Origin: Anaerolineales bacterium
GTDB taxonomy: Bacteria; Chloroflexota; Anaerolineae; UBA1429
Direction of reading: 5' to 3'
Length of the DNA stretch: 64,000 nt
NCBI GenBank assembly: GCA_046538105.1
Contig: JBKHJO010000003.1
Location: 4,418 to 68,417 of the forward strand
Within the stretch, counting starts at the first letter, position 1. Each line of letters starts with the position of its first letter. The translations under genes were made by a program, and so were the position numbers. The notes below the pieces were generated by a model. That model saw only the letters and a program-made list of their open reading frames with translations. It was not told the DNA's origin and searched no databases. This document shows positions 52,874 to 63,014 of this stretch, one piece after another.

Positions 52874-53467
52874 GTGAAACTGCTTATCGCCACCCACAAT
52901 CAGGGAAAAAGGGCAGAATACGCCGCCATATTGGGTGACCTACCTCTGAAACTGATCACCCTGACGGATCTGGACATCGACGTGGAGATCGAGGAGACGG
53001 GAACGACGTTCGAAGAGAACGCCCTGCGTAAGGCACGAGGGTACGCGGCTCTCACGGGACTGCTGACGCTGGCCGATGATTCGGGGCTGGAGGTCGATGC
53101 CCTGGATGGCGCGCCGGGTATCCGTTCGGCCCGCTATGCCGGCCCGGAGGCCAGCGATGAGGATCTCTACACACTCCTCCTGCACCACCTGCGCGATGTG
53201 CCCGATGCCGAGAGATCGGCCCGCTTTCGCTGCGTCATCGCCCTGGTGTGGCCCGAGGGGCGCGAGGAGGTAGTGGAAGGCGAGTGTGAGGGACATATCC
53301 TGCGAGAGCCCCGCGGGGAGCGAGGATTTGGCTACGATCCCATCTTCTATGTGCCCCAAAAAGGCAAAACGATGGCCCAGTTGCCCATGGAGGTCAAGAA
53401 CCGTATAAGCCATCGGGGACGCGCCGCTGTAAAGGCGAAAAAGGTGCTCAGGGCATTTCGGGAATAA
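52874..53467 (+). CDS. rdgB: non-canonical purine NTP pyrophosphatase (Ham1 family)
   Basis: ATHNQGK, ADDSGL, GFGYDPIF, KNRISHRG. Confidence 0.95.
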   Translation: MKLLIATHNQGKRAEYAAILGDLPLKLITLTDLDIDVEIEETGTTFEENALRKARGYAALTGLLTLADDSGLEVDALDGAPGIRSARYAGPEASDEDLYTLLLHHLRDVPDAERSARFRCVIALVWPEGREEVVEGECEGHILREPRGERGFGYDPIFYVPQKGKTMAQLPMEVKNRISHRGRAAVKAKKVLRAFRE

Positions 53468-53470
53468 GGC

Positions 53471-53510
53471 TCAAGGATGCTCAGAGAGTCTGGTCTCTGA
53501 GCATCCTTGA
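53471..53510. terminator. 17-bp perfect inverted repeat between convergent genes
   Basis: TCAAGGATGCTCAGAGA-GTCTGG-TCTCTGAGCATCCTTGA. Confidence 0.65.
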
Positions 53511-53522
53511 ATTTAAAAATCG

Positions 53523-54167
53523 CTACGTCTCGCGCAGATCTATCAGTTCGGCGTCGAGGTCCCGCAGGATATCCTCCATCTTGTCCCGCTCGATACCCTG
53601 CACCTTGAAAGCGATCTCCCGGTTGGTGGGATCGTCCCCCCAAAAGGTCCCCAAAGCGACGATATTCCCGCCGTGCGAGGCCACAGCTTCCGTCAGGCGG
53701 GCCAGAACGCCACGCCCCTCCTGAACCTTGATGGTAACCCGCAACCCCCACACCCGGGAGCCCAACAGTTCGGCAAAGATCTTGAAAAGATCACTTTCCG
53801 TGATGATGCCCACCAGGGTATCACCGCGCATCACGGGAAGTCCCCCTATATCATTGTCCACCATGATACGCGCCGCTTCTTCCAGGAGACAATCCTCCTC
53901 CACCACGATCACATTGCGGGTCATGAGTTTCTCTACCGTGATCTTGGAGATCAAATAGTTCATCTCATACACGCTGAGAGTGGTGGCCGGAGAAGGGGAT
54001 GCATAGAGCAGATCCTTTTCCAACACAATACCCACCAGTTCACCATCCTTGTCCAGGACGGGCAGGCGACGGACGCCTTCCTCACGCATGATTCTCAGGG
54101 CGTCGTGCAAAGATACATCGGGCCTGACAGTAATAGGATGTCTGGACATTCGTTCCTTTACCAGCAT
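53523..54167 (-). CDS. CBS-pair + ACT domain protein (AcuB-like)
   Basis: RRLPV, SPSPATTLSVYE, GIITESDLF, C-terminal GVLA..GGNI. Confidence 0.85.
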   Translation of the reverse strand: MLVKERMSRHPITVRPDVSLHDALRIMREEGVRRLPVLDKDGELVGIVLEKDLLYASPSPATTLSVYEMNYLISKITVEKLMTRNVIVVEEDCLLEEAARIMVDNDIGGLPVMRGDTLVGIITESDLFKIFAELLGSRVWGLRVTIKVQEGRGVLARLTEAVASHGGNIVALGTFWGDDPTNREIAFKVQGIERDKMEDILRDLDAELIDLRET

Positions 54168-54423
54168 CAACCCACCTCCTCAACATGGAACTCGATCCAC
54201 AACCCATGAACATCCCAACGGTGAGGGCATTATATATACTGACATCCTATTTGTCCAGAGGACGTGCCAGGTCAAAAGGGTGATGTTATCAGGAGCACAG
54301 GCAGGATGGTTTCCCCTGTTCGTTTCCCAAAAACCCGTGCTCTTGACCTCACCTTGTCTCCCCTTTAGAATCATGCTAGACTGATTATGAGGGTCATTTT
54401 ATATTCCTTTCTGTGAGGAAACC

Positions 54424-55203
54424 GTGCGTAAAGACCAGAGACGAAATTTCTTGGTCATAGTGCTTTTCCTTGTCATGGTGGTGGTTCTCGCCGCCATCTA
54501 CGTATACCGCGCGCCGGGAGGCCCCTCCAGACAGGCATCCCCCACTCTTACGCGTCCCCCCCTGACGCCCGGTCTCTATGAAGCGGAACGGGAGAGGATG
54601 GTCGAGCGTCAGATAGAAGCGCGGGGCGTGGAGGACGACGCCCTCCTCCGGGCCATGGAGACTGTTCCCAGGCATGCCTTTGTACCCCCCGAACAGGTGA
54701 AGGAGGCCTATGCCGACTATCCCCTACCCATCGGTTTCGGTCAAACCATCTCCCAACCCTACATCGTAGCCTATATGACCGAGATCGTGCATCTTGAAGA
54801 GGGAAAAAGGGTGCTGGAGATCGGCACTGGCTCTGGCTATCAAGCGGCCATATTGGCAGAGATCACGCCCCACGTGTATAGCGTGGAGATCATCGAGGAA
54901 CTGTACGAGCGGGCGCGCCGGACGCTAAGCGAGCGGGGATACGATAGGGTTCGCCTGAGACACGGCGACGGTTACTATGGTTGGGAAGCACACGCCCCCT
55001 ATGACGCAATCATCGTCACCGCCGCCCCCGACCATATCCCGCAGCCCCTGGTGGAACAACTCGCCGACGGCGGACGTATGGTGATACCCGTGGGCCCGCC
55101 AGGCGCCTACCAGGCCCTGTGGCTCGTGGAGAGAGAGGGAGAGGAGGTCAGGACGGAACGGCTCATGGGGGTACGATTTGTGCCCCTCACCGGCGAGCAC
55201 TGA
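54424..55203 (+). CDS. pcm: protein-L-isoaspartate O-methyltransferase with N-terminal TM helix
   Basis: VPRHAFV, GQTISQP, VLEIGTGSGYQAA, GDG, APYDAIIVTAA, FVPL. Confidence 0.92.
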   Translation: MRKDQRRNFLVIVLFLVMVVVLAAIYVYRAPGGPSRQASPTLTRPPLTPGLYEAERERMVERQIEARGVEDDALLRAMETVPRHAFVPPEQVKEAYADYPLPIGFGQTISQPYIVAYMTEIVHLEEGKRVLEIGTGSGYQAAILAEITPHVYSVEIIEELYERARRTLSERGYDRVRLRHGDGYYGWEAHAPYDAIIVTAAPDHIPQPLVEQLADGGRMVIPVGPPGAYQALWLVEREGEEVRTERLMGVRFVPLTGEH

Positions 55204-55207
55204 CCCC

Positions 55208-57607
55208 TCATTCGCTTTCCCCCCTCATCAAGGGCCAAAAGGCCCACGTGGCGCCCAGATAGCAAAGTCCTGCCGCTGCAAGGACGGCGTGATACCCCCA
55301 GGACAGAGCCAGGATGGCTGCCAACACGGAACTGATCACCGAGGCACTGCCATTGATGGCCCATATCCAGGGCGTGATGCCCGGAGTGCTCTGCTCCACA
55401 CGGCGCAGCCCGGCGGCAAAGGGAATTCCCATACACACGCCAAGAGGGAACAGCGACAGGATGGCGATCCCCGTGCGGGCCAGGTGGGGCAGCGATAGTG
55501 TGGTGCGAAAAAGCCACCGCAACCCAAAGGGGTAGACGACTATCAGGCCGATCAGGATGAGCAGGACGAATCGTAAGGACACGCGATGAGAGAGGAAACT
55601 TCCTACACCGGAGAAGAACAACAGCGCCGAGAGGACGAGGATAAAGGAAAAGGTGGCGTGTCCCAAGTAGAGGATGAATTGCTGCATGAGGGGCAGTTCG
55701 ATAAAGAGGTAGCCCAGGCCCAGAGCGGCAAAGTAAAGGATGATACGCCAGCGGAGCGGCCCCATGGGAGAGCGTTCCCCGCGCCAGGCCAGGGGCAGCA
55801 TGACGAGTATCACAGAGGCCACCACGGCAAGGGCCAGAAGCACGAGAATGACCAGAAAACCTGATCCCCCAAAGGGTTGCCACGTCCGGCCGATACGGGC
55901 CATAATGCGGGGTATCTGCCGCCAGCGAAAATAGTGCCCGAAAAAAGGGCGATCATCCGTGGGTGGTGTGACGTCGTAGAGATTGTCCGCGAATAAAGCC
56001 TCCCGCTCCGATGGCTGCAACAACTTCTGAAAGTCGTTGTAATAGACGGGCTCGGGGAGCACGTTATGGCGATTGGCCTCCGAGATGTCCATTCCCGGAT
56101 AGTGTACCAGGTCGTAGCCCAGATCCTCGCAGGCGGATATCAATTCCGCGATCTCCCCATCGCCAAAGGGAGAGGGGCTGGCCAGGATGGTCATGGTGGA
56201 CCAACTGCGAAAGGCCAGCAGATGGCTTGCGGCGTTTTCTATGCCCATCCTCTCCAGGGCCACAACCGTCAGGCCGCCCGCCCGCACCGATTCTGTCGGA
56301 GGATCCTGGAGCCAGCGGGTAACGACGAGAATCCCATCCGCATTGAGGCGCGCCAGAGCACGCTCAAAGGCCTCCACCGTATAGAGATAATTCTCGGACA
56401 GGCTGTAGGTGCCCGAGGTCAGGGGGTGGTAACTTTCGGCCAGGGAGAGTTGAATGACGTCAAAGGTCTCCTGCCCCCGCCAGAGAGCGGTTCTTCCCGC
56501 CTCGGTGCGCACAGCGACATCATCAAAAAGTCCCCCCACAAAATCCGCGTAGCGCTGCCCCACGATCTCGGTGATGAGGGGATTATCCTCCACCACCACG
56601 ATATCGTGAGCGCCATGTTCCAGGGCCACGGCCACATCCAACCCCCCACGGGGCCTGATGATCATGACATGGGCATCAGGCCTGATGGTATAGGGCAGAC
56701 TGGAGGGAAGATGGGAGAGAAAGGCCGTATCCTCGGCAGCGGTCCGCCGCGTGATGGGGCTGAGGTTGCCTCCATCCACCGTGAGTCCATGCTGAGGGGG
56801 CAGGCCGCCCCGGTAATCGAGGCTGAGGCCGGGGGCCGAGTGGATCCCCGTTCCCTCCACAACATCCAGGCGCGAATAGACGTTCCACGCCTGATAGGTC
56901 AGATGCGTATCCGGGGCGCGCAGGGTCTGGTTCAGGCTCTTGTAGGGTGATATCCTCAGGGTCATCCACGAGGGCTGCCCCCAGGCCAGTAAAAGGCTGC
57001 CGACGCACATCAGTAAGGCCACCCAAGTTGACCGTCTCAAAACGGCGTCCCGCGAACCCCTGGCCCAAAAAATGAGGGCCACACCCAGGGCTCCCACGCT
57101 GGCAGCCAGGGCCACAGCGCCCTCCCCGCCACAGAGGGGAAGTACCACAAGCAGGGCCAGACTCCCCAGGGCCGAGCCGGCCAGATTGGCGGCGTACACC
57201 ATACCACTCTGCTGGGGTAGGGCAGAGAGCCAGCGGGAGACGATCCAGCCACCAAAACCAAACGGAAGGATCAGGGCCAGATAATAGAGGATGAGGTAGA
57301 CGAACTGCACGGGTTCCATGGCCAGACGGTAGGAATCAAAGGGTAGATAATTGGCGAAAAGAAAAGAGGCCAGAATACTGAGGGGAAAGGCCAACCCCAC
57401 CACATCCAGCCCGTCGCGGCGCTCGGGAGGGATCAGGGAGAGGAGAGTCCCGCTGCTGGCATAACCCAGCAGGGCCACGCTGACGCTGAGAAAGGCGAAA
57501 TGGTACCACTGGGCCACGGCAAAGAGGCGGGTGAGGGTCAATTCGAACATCAGTATGGCGGCCGAGACAAGCGCTATGCCGCTGTGTAGATGGCCCCTTT
57601 GCTCCAT
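55208..57607 (-). CDS. multi-pass membrane protein with spermidine-synthase-like methyltransferase domain
   Basis: VYAANLAGS, WNVYSRLDV, GGLDV..VVEDNP, EAGR, ENYLYTVEAF, TDDRPFF, WAING. Confidence 0.8.
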   Translation of the reverse strand: MEQRGHLHSGIALVSAAILMFELTLTRLFAVAQWYHFAFLSVSVALLGYASSGTLLSLIPPERRDGLDVVGLAFPLSILASFLFANYLPFDSYRLAMEPVQFVYLILYYLALILPFGFGGWIVSRWLSALPQQSGMVYAANLAGSALGSLALLVVLPLCGGEGAVALAASVGALGVALIFWARGSRDAVLRRSTWVALLMCVGSLLLAWGQPSWMTLRISPYKSLNQTLRAPDTHLTYQAWNVYSRLDVVEGTGIHSAPGLSLDYRGGLPPQHGLTVDGGNLSPITRRTAAEDTAFLSHLPSSLPYTIRPDAHVMIIRPRGGLDVAVALEHGAHDIVVVEDNPLITEIVGQRYADFVGGLFDDVAVRTEAGRTALWRGQETFDVIQLSLAESYHPLTSGTYSLSENYLYTVEAFERALARLNADGILVVTRWLQDPPTESVRAGGLTVVALERMGIENAASHLLAFRSWSTMTILASPSPFGDGEIAELISACEDLGYDLVHYPGMDISEANRHNVLPEPVYYNDFQKLLQPSEREALFADNLYDVTPPTDDRPFFGHYFRWRQIPRIMARIGRTWQPFGGSGFLVILVLLALAVVASVILVMLPLAWRGERSPMGPLRWRIILYFAALGLGYLFIELPLMQQFILYLGHATFSFILVLSALLFFSGVGSFLSHRVSLRFVLLILIGLIVVYPFGLRWLFRTTLSLPHLARTGIAILSLFPLGVCMGIPFAAGLRRVEQSTPGITPWIWAINGSASVISSVLAAILALSWGYHAVLAAAGLCYLGATWAFWPLMRGESE

Positions 57608-57761
57608 CAAGGTCCCTCGCTGTCCAATGGACGTCCCGTATAGCTTACGTGAAGGGACGGAAAAGGTCAATGAGAAGAGAGGAGTCTCTTCCCAGGCGCG
57701 AACCCATCAGCGATCTGAGTATAACTTTTCATAGAGGTTCTCATGAGCGGAGCCCCCATCC

Positions 57762-58457
57762 CTACATGCCGCCCACTGCGCGCGTCAGGGTCAGGCAGAC
57801 GACCTGCCTGGCCCCGCCCTCCCTCAGCGCCAGGGAACAGGCTTTGAGGGTGGCCCCCGTGGTCATCACGTCGTCGACGAGGAGGATCCGTGCCCCCGCT
57901 GGCTCCCCAGAGACGGTTCGAAAGGCGCCGCATACATTGTCCCACCGCTCCCGGGGGGACAGCCCCACCTGGGAACGTGTGTCCCGCACCCGAATGAGGC
58001 TTTCGTGACACAGGAGCAGGTCCAGGCATCGGGCCACTTGCCGTGCCAGGAGGAGCGACTGGCTATATCCCCGCCGGCGCACGCGCTGGACGTGCAGGGG
58101 CACGGGGATGACAAGATCGACGGGGATCGTCCTGCCGCGCCAGGTGGCGGCCATGAGTTCTCCCAAGGGCTCGCTCAGCACGCGGGCCCCCTCGTATTTG
58201 AGGGCGTGCACGGCCTGACGCAGGGGAGGGACGTGGGGGCCCACCGAGTAGACGACACCCTCTCGGCCTTTCTCCTCGCTGCACCACGTATAACGGGCAG
58301 TATGCCCTTCAAATAGGGGAGCGCCTTCCAGGCATTCCTCGCACAGCCACGCGCCGGCCCGACCACAGGCCACACAGTGGGGCGGATACAGTAGATCGAG
58401 CACGGCGTCGAGCCATCTATGGGGATCGAAAAACGGTTTGGGGGTTGCAGAGTGCAT
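57762..58457 (-). CDS. comF: ComF family phosphoribosyltransferase-like protein
   Basis: CVAC..CEEC, ALKY, PVPLH..RRGYSQ, LLVDDVMTTGAT. Confidence 0.88.
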   Translation of the reverse strand: MHSATPKPFFDPHRWLDAVLDLLYPPHCVACGRAGAWLCEECLEGAPLFEGHTARYTWCSEEKGREGVVYSVGPHVPPLRQAVHALKYEGARVLSEPLGELMAATWRGRTIPVDLVIPVPLHVQRVRRRGYSQSLLLARQVARCLDLLLCHESLIRVRDTRSQVGLSPRERWDNVCGAFRTVSGEPAGARILLVDDVMTTGATLKACSLALREGGARQVVCLTLTRAVGGM

Positions 58458-58951
58458 CACAAACAATCTCCTGCTGAATGCTGAACAGCCACATGCTAAC
58501 ACATCTCCTTCACATCCACAAGGCGCGACGGGCGCAGGGGGGCACGGAAAAGTTGTGGATGATTCGCCATTCTTTGTCCGCGCAGACCGTTTTAGGGCTC
58601 CAGACTGCGTGGCCATTCTGCAAGGCCACCGAAGGTGGCCCATCTGGCCGATAGGCCTCACGAACTGGCTTCAGACGGCAAAGCCCGAAGAACGAACGTC
58701 CCTGCCGAACGTGCTCGGCCTAAAGGCCAGCGCAAAGGCACTTGGCGCCGGGCGTCGACCTGCGTCGACGCGTTTCGGCAGTATCCACGCCTACGCTTGC
58801 GTCACTTATGCCCCGCCAGACTCTCCTTTCTGACAGGTCTGACGATTCTGACGGACTTGATTCCTGCCTCTTGCGGATTCGGTTGACCGCGAACCTCAAG
58901 CGTGTTATCCTTCCAGGGAATCATCGTGTACCAAGATGTTGAGGAGGATAG

Positions 58952-59956
58952 ATGGCCGCATACAACGTGCTGGTCACCGTGCCGCGACCGCTGCGAGACT
59001 ATATCCTGAGCGAGGAAGCGGAGAGTAAACTGCGCGGCATGGCAAAGGTGACCATGAATGAGGAGGGGCGTGACTGGACGGAGGAGGAACTGGCCGAACG
59101 ACTGGCCGGCGTGGACGCCATCCTCGCCAGTTGGGGACTGGCCAGGATGACATCCCAGGTTCTGGATGGGGCGGACAGTCTGGGCATCGTGGCCTATGCC
59201 GCGGGCAGCGTCAGGGGGTTCGTGACCCCCGCCCTCTACGAGCGGGGCGTCGTGGTCTGTCACGCCGCCCACCGCATCGCCGACTCGGTGGCCGAGTTCT
59301 CTTTGCTGCTGGCCATGATCGGCCTGCGCCGCCCCCACGAATTCGATCGCCAGTTAAAGGCGGGGGCGGAATGGCCCAAGAGCCGCGACCTGGCCCTGTA
59401 CGAGATAGCGGGAAAAAAGGTGGGGCTCCTGGGCATGGGCTATGTGGGGCGGCGGGCGGCCAGGCTCTTTCAGGGCGTGGGTGCTCGGGTGTGGGCCTAC
59501 GATCCCTACCTTCCCGCCAATCAGGCGGAGACCCTTGGCGTGCACAGCGCGGAACTGGACAAACTCCTCAGCACATGTCAGATCGTCTCCGCGCACCTGC
59601 CCAGCACCGAGGAGACCCACCATATGCTGGGCGCGCGCGAGTTCGCTCAGATGCAAGACGGGGCCATTTTCATCAACACCGCCCGCTCCTGGATCCTGGA
59701 TCAGGAGGCGTTGGTGCGGGAACTGGGTAAGGGCCGCATCTGGGCTGCCCTGGACGTCTACGACGAGGAGCCCCTCCCCGTGGATCATCCCCTGCGCGAT
59801 ATGGATAATGTCTTTCTCACGCCCCACGTGGCGGGCCTGACCCGCGACTCCCATGGCAGCCTCATGGGGGAGATGGTCGACGAGATAGCCCGCTACCTGG
59901 CGGGAGAACCGTTGAAGCATCGGGTGACACAGGATATGTTAGAGATTATGGCATAG
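58952..59956 (+). CDS. D-2-hydroxyacid dehydrogenase
   Basis: SVAE, GMGYVG, YDPY, INTAR, ALDV..EP, LTPHVAG. Confidence 0.9.
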   Translation: MAAYNVLVTVPRPLRDYILSEEAESKLRGMAKVTMNEEGRDWTEEELAERLAGVDAILASWGLARMTSQVLDGADSLGIVAYAAGSVRGFVTPALYERGVVVCHAAHRIADSVAEFSLLLAMIGLRRPHEFDRQLKAGAEWPKSRDLALYEIAGKKVGLLGMGYVGRRAARLFQGVGARVWAYDPYLPANQAETLGVHSAELDKLLSTCQIVSAHLPSTEETHHMLGAREFAQMQDGAIFINTARSWILDQEALVRELGKGRIWAALDVYDEEPLPVDHPLRDMDNVFLTPHVAGLTRDSHGSLMGEMVDEIARYLAGEPLKHRVTQDMLEIMA

Positions 59957-59966
59957 GAGATAGTGA

Positions 59967-61055
59967 ATGGATAACTACGCTGTTGGCCTGCCCAAAAAAG
60001 AACTGGACACGCCAGCCCTCTGTCTGGATATCGAGGCACTGGAGAAAAATATCCAGGAGATGGCCGACTATTTTACACACAGGGACGCCACCCTGCGCCC
60101 CCACACCAAGACACATAAAACGCCCCTCATCGCGCGAATGCAGATCGAGGCGGGGGCCATCGGCGTCACCTGCGCCAAACTGGGGGAGGCGGAGGTCATG
60201 GCCTGCGCGGGCATCCGCGACATGCTCATCGCCAACCAGATCGTCGGCACACGCAAAATCACGCGCCTCGTCAATCTGGCCGCCCATACGGACGTCATGG
60301 TCGCCGTGGAGGACGAGCGCAACGCCCTCGCCCTCTCGGAGGCGGCCCAGATCAAGGGCGTGGAACTGCGCGTCCTGGTCGAGGTGGACGTGGGCATGGG
60401 CCGCTGCGGCACCGCGCCCGAGGAGCCCTCTTTTGAACTGGCCCAGCGCCTCGTGGAACTGCCCGGACTGCGTTTCGAGGGCATCATGGGCTACGAGGGA
60501 CACGCGGTCATGATCGAGGATTTCGAGGAGCGAGAGAAGGTGGCCCACGAAGCCATGGCGAAACTGGTCGCCACGCGAGATTTCATCCAGGAGCAGGGGA
60601 TCGAGGTCGAAATCGTCTCCGGCGGGGGCACCGGCACCTACCAGATCACGGGGAATTATCCGGGGGTCACCGAGATCCAGGCCGGGTCGTATGCCACCAT
60701 GGACGGGCGCTACCACCGGGTGGGAATGGAGTTCCGTCATGCCCTCACCGTGGTGGCCCAGGTCATCAGCACCCGGGGAGATCGGGCCATAACGGACGCC
60801 GGTATGAAAACCCTTACCCCCGAGTTCGGCATGCCCGGCGTTCTCGACCCCCAGGGCTGGAAGGCCACGAAACTCTCGGAGGAGCACGGCTTTCTCCAGC
60901 GAGAGGAGGGGGAACCACTACAGCCCGGGGACGTGGTGGAACTGATCCCCTCCCATGGCTGCACGACTATCAACCTGCACGACGCATATTACGTGACGCG
61001 CGACGGCGTCGTGGAGGCCGTGTGGCCCATCGCCGCCCGAGGCGCCATCCGCTGA
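59967..61055 (+). CDS. DSD1/D-threonine aldolase family PLP enzyme
   Basis: LDTPAL, RPHTKTHK, GRCG, GYEGH, SGGGTGT, SEEHG, PSHGCTTINL. Confidence 0.88.
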   Translation: MDNYAVGLPKKELDTPALCLDIEALEKNIQEMADYFTHRDATLRPHTKTHKTPLIARMQIEAGAIGVTCAKLGEAEVMACAGIRDMLIANQIVGTRKITRLVNLAAHTDVMVAVEDERNALALSEAAQIKGVELRVLVEVDVGMGRCGTAPEEPSFELAQRLVELPGLRFEGIMGYEGHAVMIEDFEEREKVAHEAMAKLVATRDFIQEQGIEVEIVSGGGTGTYQITGNYPGVTEIQAGSYATMDGRYHRVGMEFRHALTVVAQVISTRGDRAITDAGMKTLTPEFGMPGVLDPQGWKATKLSEEHGFLQREEGEPLQPGDVVELIPSHGCTTINLHDAYYVTRDGVVEAVWPIAARGAIR

Positions 61056-61209
61056 GCCGACCCCATCATCGCCCGGATTTGACGGGGGAGCCGAAAGCGC
61101 CCGGGCAATCGATGATAGAGGAAAGCAGTAATACGAGGAAAAAGTGAGGGCGCCGGCGCCGAGCGCGCCCTGTGGTTGATCTATATCCGCGTTGCATGGG
61201 AGGACGCTT

Positions 61210-62451
61210 ATGAAAACAAGAGAGCGCGCTGTCATCATATTTCTGGGGCTGGCCCTGACGCTGTTCCTCCTGGTGTCACAGGTTCGGGCGCCGGTCTCCA
61301 CCGCGACCACGCTGGCATCGGATATTCTACACCTGCCACTGGTGTACCAACCCGTTCCAACCCCCACGCCAACGGTCACCCCTACACCGATGCCAACCCC
61401 CACGCCCACCAGAATAGCGTCTAAAGACTTTGGCTATGGCATACAGGCCGCCATGGTCGCCGATGGCGACCACGAGCGCATCTTTGACCACGTGAACGAC
61501 ATGGGACTGGGATGGGTGAAGCAGCAGGTGGAATGGTTCCATTACAACCCCAAACAAGGGGTATATGAGAACTGGGATGCCCTGGACCGCATAGTGGACG
61601 CCGCCAAGGCCAACGATGTCAACGTGCTGTTCAGCGTGGTCAAGGCCCCCGCGTGGGCGCGGGCAGATACAGATTATGGGGTTGCCGGGCCGCCGGCGGA
61701 TCCGAACACCTATGGTACCTTTTTGAGCGACTTGGCCACGCATTACAGAGGCGATGTCAAGGCCTACGAGATATGGAACGAGCAGAACCTCTGGTATGAA
61801 TGGGGTGGAGAAGGTGAGATGGACGCCGGCGAATATGTGGATCTCTTACGGGTGGCCTATTATGCCATCAAGGACGCAGATCCGGAGGCCATCGTCGTCA
61901 GCGGCGGCCTCACGCCCACAGGCGACGTCGGAGACATCGCCATCGCCGATCGCCGTTACCTGGAGCAGATGTACTGGGCAGGCCTGACGCACTATTGCGA
62001 CGCCGTCGGCGCACACCCGAGTGGCTACAACAATCCTCCGGATGCCACCTACAGCGGCGATCCAACCACGCCGAATTTCAAGGGACATCCGAGTTTCTTT
62101 TTCCGCAACACCATGGAGGACTATCGCAACATCATGAATCGGTACGGCGATGGGCACAAGCGCATCTGGCCCACCGAGTTCGGCTGGGCCAGCGTCGATG
62201 GCCTGGGCGTGGAGCCCGTCCAGGGATACGGATACGCCGAAGATAATACGGAGGCCGAGCAGGCCCAGTACATCGTGCAGGCCTACGAGATGGGCAGGTC
62301 GTGGGACTGGCTGGTGGGCCCCATGTTCCTGTGGAACCTGAACTATGCCCCCGTGGACGGCGTCCACGACGAAAAGGCCGCCTTTGGCATCGTGTATGAG
62401 AACTGGGAGCCGCGTCCCGCGTTCTACGCCATTCGTGATATGCCAAAATAG
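61210..62451 (+). CDS. secreted clan GH-A glycoside hydrolase (GH5-like) with PT linker
   Basis: Signal/TM, HLPLV, PTPT repeat, WVKQQVEW, YEIWNEQN, IWPTEFGW. Confidence 0.8.
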   Translation: MKTRERAVIIFLGLALTLFLLVSQVRAPVSTATTLASDILHLPLVYQPVPTPTPTVTPTPMPTPTPTRIASKDFGYGIQAAMVADGDHERIFDHVNDMGLGWVKQQVEWFHYNPKQGVYENWDALDRIVDAAKANDVNVLFSVVKAPAWARADTDYGVAGPPADPNTYGTFLSDLATHYRGDVKAYEIWNEQNLWYEWGGEGEMDAGEYVDLLRVAYYAIKDADPEAIVVSGGLTPTGDVGDIAIADRRYLEQMYWAGLTHYCDAVGAHPSGYNNPPDATYSGDPTTPNFKGHPSFFFRNTMEDYRNIMNRYGDGHKRIWPTEFGWASVDGLGVEPVQGYGYAEDNTEAEQAQYIVQAYEMGRSWDWLVGPMFLWNLNYAPVDGVHDEKAAFGIVYENWEPRPAFYAIRDMPK

Positions 62452-62469
62452 ACGGGGCAGCTCTCACGC

Positions 62470-62840
62470 GCCTGGGAATCGAATTCCCAGGCTGCTAGGC
62501 CACCGGGAAAGCTATAAAGTGGCTTTCCTTAGTGGCCTCCAAACCTGCTAAAAGCAGGTTAGCAAGATGCGTAGCACCTTGCTTGGGTGCAAAGGTTCCG
62601 GCTACTCTCGTCGCGACGCTGGTACGTGTTATCTTGTTTCCAATAGACCGGCTCCTTGTAGTCTCAGGATTATGCGGCTTGAGAATTTGGTCAGGATATT
62701 CGCTTCGTCCTCAGCTGGGGACTGCGATCCGCGTCCGATAAACAAAATCTTTTGAAATGATTTCTGCCGGAAGAGGATATGTGGTTTAGTGCGCTTCTAG
62801 CGCACTTGATGAGACTAGACGTCGGGCTTTGAGCCGACGG
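62470..62840. repeat. inverted pair of REP-like double-hairpin units
   Basis: GCCTGGGAAT-CGA-ATTCCCAGGC plus AACCTGCT-AAA-AGCAGGTT; in the opposite orientation AGTGCGCT-TCT-AGCGCACT plus CGTCGG..CCGACG. Confidence 0.5.
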
Positions 62841-63014
62841 TGCACAAAACTCCTATTGCCTGATTGTTTTCCTAATCTACATCACACCTGCGCGAGGCGG
62901 CGCTTGCGCAAAGTGGTTCTGTCCACAACATTCTTGTGCACCCGCTTGGATTTTGACAGCAGCGCCAGTGTCCCATGATAGCATCCAAACTGTTGCACTG
63001 CAGACAGGAATGCT

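Noticed and set aside
58513-58561. DnaA boxes/oriC (CATCCACAA..TTGTGGATG)
   Set aside because: Only two imperfect boxes, with no AT-rich unwinding region and no dnaA nearby.
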